Shown piece by piece: positions 47,827-51,875 of a stretch of 51,875 nucleotides of DNA; the stretch's first letter is position 1, and the number at the start of each line of letters is the position of its first letter. Origin of the DNA: Bacteroidetes bacterium MED-G21 (lineage in GTDB: Bacteria; Bacteroidota; Bacteroidia; Flavobacteriales; UBA7430); NCBI GenBank assembly GCA_002457305.1, contig NTKG01000003.1, positions 1-51,875 on the forward strand. Direction: 5' to 3'. Made by a program: the position numbers and the translations under genes. Under the pieces are notes generated by a model that worked only from the letters and a program-made list of their open reading frames with translations, searched no databases and was not told where the DNA came from.

Positions 47827-50800
47827 ATGCAAGACGCCTATTCTATATTGATTAATAAGTTAAGTGCCTTTACCCAAAAGTATTACAAAAACCAACTGAT
47901 AAGAGGCTTGGTTTTGTGTTTTACCATAGTAGCAATAGGTCTTATTACTTTTGCTGTGATAGAATATTATGGACGCTTTGGTGTTGTTGCCAGAGCAATT
48001 CTGTTTTGGGTTTTTGTTGTTTTATCCACCCTTATTTTGTCTTTACTTGTATTTAGGCCGCTGTTTAAATTAGCGAAAATAGGAGAGCGGTTAAGTGACG
48101 ATCAGGCAGCAAAAATTATAGGAAGCCACTTTGATGACGTATCAGACAAGCTGCTTAATGTTATTCAACTAAAAAAGCAAAACACGGGCAGCACAGCCTT
48201 AATTGAAGCAAGCATAAATCAAAAAGCAGCTGAGCTAAAACCAATACCCTTTTTAAATGCGGTCCGGTTTTCTGAAAACAAACGGTATATACGCTACGCG
48301 CTTATTCCCCTTTTTATTTTTGCAGGTCTTTATGCTGCAGACAGAGAGGATTTAATTACAGAGAGCTCTGCGCGGATTATCGATTACAAAACGGAGTACA
48401 CCCCACCCAAACCTTTCGAGTTTGATGTTTTAAACAACAGCTTGGTGTGTATACAAAATCAGAATTATACTGTGACGGTTCAGTTACGGGGTAAAGAAAT
48501 CCCATCCGAAGCATACATTCAGATGGCGGGCCAACCCATTAAAATGAAAAAAAAGGAAAACCACCTTTTTGAATACAACCTTATAAATGTTCAAAAGCCA
48601 CAGGTATTTAAATTTAATGCGGGAGGGCTTTATTCCGAACCCTACCAATTAAATGTTTTACCAGCCCCTTCTTTGGCTTCGTTTGAATTGAGTATTGAAT
48701 ATCCAAAATATATCGGAAAAGAAAACCAGTATTTAGAAAACACAGGAGAGGTTTTGATACCCGAAGGGAGTAACGTGAGGTGGGATTTTTTCACTGAAAA
48801 CACAGACACATTTAGGGTGCTTTGGGGCGAAAGACTTTTAAACACAAAAAAAACCTCGAAAAATCATTTTAGTTTTTTCAGAACAGCAAAAACCTCTTTA
48901 AATTACACCCTACTTCCATTTAACTCTGATGTTCAAACGCTTGACTCTGTTAACTATAATTTTAAGGTTGTAAAAGACGGCTTTCCCATAGTAGACGTTT
49001 CTGAAGTGGTCGATTCAACAAACCTAAAAACACGCTACTTCCAAGGACAAATAAAAGACGACTATGGTTTTCGAAAACTACAGTTTGTCGTAAAAAAACC
49101 AAACAATAACTGGGACAGTATTGTGCCCATTACAGTCAACACTGCAACCAACATAGAGAGTTTCTTTTTTGTTTTTGACCTAAACACCACTCAAATTAAG
49201 GAGGGGGAGTCTCTCGAATACTATTTTGAAGTTTATGACAACGATGGCGTAAATGGCTCTAAAAAAAGTCAGAGCAGAGCCTTTGAGTTTAACGCTCCCA
49301 CGGAAGAAGAGCTTCAAGAACAGCAAGAGATAAAAACAAAAGACCTTAAAAACCAGTTAGAAGAAAATGTTGAGCTTGCAAAAGACCTCCAAGAAGAATT
49401 TGAAGAGCTGCGAAAGAAGCTTTTAAATAAAGAGGAGTTGAGCTGGGAAGACAAACAACAAGTGAGCGAGGTTTTAGATAAACAGAAAAAACTTGAAAAA
49501 AGCATCGATCAGATTTCAGAAAAAAACAAAGAAAAAAACGCCCAATTAAATGAATTTTCTGAGCAGGACAAGCGGATTTTAGATAAGCAAAAACAGCTAG
49601 AAGCGCTTATGGAGGAGCTCATGACAGAAGAAATGCGCGAGCTTTTTGATGAAATGGAGGCGCTTATGGAGGAGATGAAGACCGACGAGTGGATGAAGAA
49701 GCTGGAAGAGCTTCAAATGAGTAATGAGGATTTGGAAAAAGAGCTTGACAGAAACCTAGAAATGCTCAAAAAATTTGAATTCGAACAAGCACTTGAAGAA
49801 AGCATAGAAAAGCTGCAAGAAATAATCGAGCAACAAGAGGGTTTAAAAGAATCAAATGACGAAAAGTCCCAACCACAAGAATCAATAACAGAGCAACAAG
49901 AAGAACTGAATAAGGCTTTTGAAAAGCTTTCCGACAAGCTAGACGGGCTCCAGCAAAAGAACGAAGAGCTTGAAAAAAAAGCCAACCTCTCAGACACCGA
50001 CTCCCTTCAGAATACAATTGAGGAACAGATGAAAGAAAGCAAGGAAAGCTCAGAAAAAAACAAGCGAAAGAAAACCACCCAGTCTCAGCAAAAGGCGCTT
50101 GATAAAATGGAGGAGTTAAAGGAAAAACTTCAGCAAGCACAAAGTCAGCCAGGAGAGAGCGGCCCACCAGAGGATATGAATGCTTTAAGGCAGATTTTAG
50201 AAAACCTTATTGACCTTTCGTTAGATGAAGAAAAGCTCTTGAACGACTTGTCAATAACCAACAATGACGACCCCGAATACGTTTCGCTCATTCATTGGCA
50301 AAACAAGCTGAGTGATGATTCTAAAATCCTAGAAGACTCCCTTTACGCACTTAGTAAAAGACAGGCCCAGATAAAAGCAACTATTAACCGAGAGATGCGA
50401 GCAATCAGCAACAACATCGAAAAATCTTTGTATAATATGTCTGAGCGTGAGTCAGAAAAAGCGGTTGGCAAACAACAATTAGTTATGACCTCTGCAAACA
50501 ATCTAGCCCTTATGCTGAGTGACGTTCTTCAGTCTATGCAAGAGGATTTGGCCGACAAAACACCGGGCCAGCAGCAGTGTGACAAACCCGGCTCAGGCAA
50601 CCCAAGCCCATCAGATATTAAAAAGATGCAAGAGCAGCTAAAGAAGCAATTAGAGCAAATGAAAAAAGGCCCAGACGGCTCTAAGAAACCAAAAAATAAG
50701 CCAGGCGGAAAAGACTTGGCTAAAATGATGGGTAGACAAGAAATGATTCGTCAACAGCTGGAAAAGATGGCTGAAAAAATAGAGGAGTCTGAAAGCGGAA

Positions 50801-51126
50801 ATTCTGATAATTTAAGGGATGCAATTGATAAAATGGAGCAAACAGAAGAGGACATTGCAAATGATAGGATTACCCAGGAAACACTTAATCGACAAAATCA
50901 AATAATTGAACATCTTTTAGAGGCGGAAAAGGCTGATCAAGAAAGAGATAAGGATAAGAAGCGAGAGGCAAAAGAGGCAACCCAACTCCCCCACCATGTA
51001 CAAGAATTACTAGAAGAATATCAAAAGAACAAAATCAAACAATCCGAAATGCTTAAAACAATTCCAGCAAAGCTAAAACCATATTATAAAGGCAAGGTAA
51101 AAGAGTATTTTAAAAACATTGATTAA
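47827..51126 (+). CDS. DUF4175-like membrane-anchored large coiled-coil protein
   Basis: N-terminal TM helices, Ig-like middle (DDYG, YYFEVYDNDGVNG), long E/Q/K-rich coiled coil; lies between gltX and ybeY; ATG at 47827. Confidence 0.82.
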   Translation: MQDAYSILINKLSAFTQKYYKNQLIRGLVLCFTIVAIGLITFAVIEYYGRFGVVARAILFWVFVVLSTLILSLLVFRPLFKLAKIGERLSDDQAAKIIGSHFDDVSDKLLNVIQLKKQNTGSTALIEASINQKAAELKPIPFLNAVRFSENKRYIRYALIPLFIFAGLYAADREDLITESSARIIDYKTEYTPPKPFEFDVLNNSLVCIQNQNYTVTVQLRGKEIPSEAYIQMAGQPIKMKKKENHLFEYNLINVQKPQVFKFNAGGLYSEPYQLNVLPAPSLASFELSIEYPKYIGKENQYLENTGEVLIPEGSNVRWDFFTENTDTFRVLWGERLLNTKKTSKNHFSFFRTAKTSLNYTLLPFNSDVQTLDSVNYNFKVVKDGFPIVDVSEVVDSTNLKTRYFQGQIKDDYGFRKLQFVVKKPNNNWDSIVPITVNTATNIESFFFVFDLNTTQIKEGESLEYYFEVYDNDGVNGSKKSQSRAFEFNAPTEEELQEQQEIKTKDLKNQLEENVELAKDLQEEFEELRKKLLNKEELSWEDKQQVSEVLDKQKKLEKSIDQISEKNKEKNAQLNEFSEQDKRILDKQKQLEALMEELMTEEMRELFDEMEALMEEMKTDEWMKKLEELQMSNEDLEKELDRNLEMLKKFEFEQALEESIEKLQEIIEQQEGLKESNDEKSQPQESITEQQEELNKAFEKLSDKLDGLQQKNEELEKKANLSDTDSLQNTIEEQMKESKESSEKNKRKKTTQSQQKALDKMEELKEKLQQAQSQPGESGPPEDMNALRQILENLIDLSLDEEKLLNDLSITNNDDPEYVSLIHWQNKLSDDSKILEDSLYALSKRQAQIKATINREMRAISNNIEKSLYNMSERESEKAVGKQQLVMTSANNLALMLSDVLQSMQEDLADKTPGQQQCDKPGSGNPSPSDIKKMQEQLKKQLEQMKKGPDGSKKPKNKPGGKDLAKMMGRQEMIRQQLEKMAEKIEESESGNSDNLRDAIDKMEQTEEDIANDRITQETLNRQNQIIEHLLEAEKADQERDKDKKREAKEATQLPHHVQELLEEYQKNKIKQSEMLKTIPAKLKPYYKGKVKEYFKNID

Positions 51127-51129
51127 TAA

Positions 51130-51552
51130 ATGAAGGAGTCAAATATTTCTTTTTACTCTGTTCGTACATTTTCACTAAAGACAGAGGCCGCAGTCACAGC
51201 TTGCATTAAGGCTATAACTGCAGAAGAGTCGCGCGAGATTGGAAACATCACGTTTGTTTTTTGCGATGACAACTACCTTCTTAAAATCAACAAAGAGTTT
51301 CTTGATCACGACACCTATACAGACATTATAACGTTTGACTATTCCGCTGGAAATGAGATAATTAGCGAGATTTATGTGAGCACAGACCGGGTTGAAGAAA
51401 ACGCTAAAAAACACAAACAAACCTTTGAAAAAGAAATGCACCGCGTCATGATTCACGGCGTACTTCATCTTTGTGGCTACAACGACAAGCTTGCAGAAGA
51501 GAAGCAAATTATGCGAGATAAAGAAAACCATTACTTATCTTTGATGGCTTAA
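51130..51552 (+). CDS. ybeY: rRNA maturation RNase YbeY
   Basis: HDTYTDIITFDY, HGVLHLCGYND. Confidence 0.97.
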   Translation: MKESNISFYSVRTFSLKTEAAVTACIKAITAEESREIGNITFVFCDDNYLLKINKEFLDHDTYTDIITFDYSAGNEIISEIYVSTDRVEENAKKHKQTFEKEMHRVMIHGVLHLCGYNDKLAEEKQIMRDKENHYLSLMA

Positions 51553-51592
51553 GTTGCTGTCGGTCAGCATTAAATAGTTATAAAATCTAAAC

Positions 51593-51608
51593 AGTTCCAC
51601 GTGGAACC
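51593..51608. promoter_or_regulatory. parS centromere-like site
   Basis: AGTTCCACGTGGAACC: 14-bp perfect palindrome matching the parS core TGTTNCACGTGNAACA except at the two terminal bases. Confidence 0.8.
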
Positions 51609-51614
51609 ACTTGT

Positions 51615-51875
51615 ATGTTTCTAAAAGAGTACGATGTAATAGTTGTAGGCGCAGGCCATGCGGGCTGTGAAGGCGCAGCAGCTGCGGCTAATCTTGGAGC
51701 TAAAACGCTTTTGGTTACCATGAACATGGATACCATTGCTCAGATGTCGTGCAACCCTGCAATGGGCGGAGTTGCTAAAGGCCAAATTATTAGAGAAATC
51801 GACGCCTTAGGCGGCTACTCTGCCATGGTAACAGACGAAACCATGATTCAGTTTAAAATGCTTAATCAGTCTAAA
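51615..51875 (+). CDS. mnmG: tRNA uridine-5-carboxymethylaminomethyl(34) synthesis enzyme MnmG/GidA, 3'-truncated by the window edge
   Basis: [21 protein letters not shown]...[24 protein letters not shown]. Confidence 0.98.
   Translation, partial: MFLKEYDVIVVGAGHAGCEGAAAAANLGAKTLLVTMNMDTIAQMSCNPAMGGVAKGQIIREIDALGGYSAMVTDETMIQFKMLNQSK

Noticed and set aside
47581-47832. Minus-strand ORF with WWWW (CCA x4 at ~47725-47737) upstream of gltX, resembling a Trp attenuator leader
   Set aside because: It overlaps the starts of both flanking genes, gltX has no link to tryptophan, and no terminator/antiterminator is evident; more likely a short trinucleotide run in a divergent promoter region.
49314-50167. 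Ser/Phe-rich antisense ORFs, and similar short overlapping ORFs throughout the track
   Set aside because: Shadows of real genes on the opposite strand or in another frame; no recognisable motifs.

Overview
Chromosomal segment of an AT-rich Bacteroidota bacterium, probably Flavobacteriales (judged from gene order and TAnnTTTG -7 promoters). Most of it is housekeeping: glmS, panCD, radA, hflX, lptC, coaX, pgm, polA, rpiB, AddAB-like helicase/nuclease, folB, gltX, ybeY, the start of mnmG, tRNA-Phe and tRNA-Cys. Notable points: (1) the 5'-truncated first gene, a Cys-repeat surface protein lying just past the glmS 3' end, ends in a DUF1566/CLec-like domain whose last ~40 codons resemble a diversity-generating retroelement (DGR) variable region; no RT or template repeat is in the window. 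(2) The AT-rich gap at ~37.9-38.5 kb has a DnaA-trio/GC/DnaA-box module and a cluster of box-like motifs, and there is a parS palindrome before mnmG, so this looks like oriC. However, the strand compositional bias flips across it in the direction normally seen at a terminus (apparent inverted skew). (3) Several small or uncharacterised modules: a tandem pair of small paralogous membrane proteins beside tRNA-Phe, a 48-aa basic ORF behind a sigma-54-type promoter, and a Cys/Pro-rich leader-like gene ahead of a metal TonB receptor. All family assignments come from motif recognition by eye; no searches were run.
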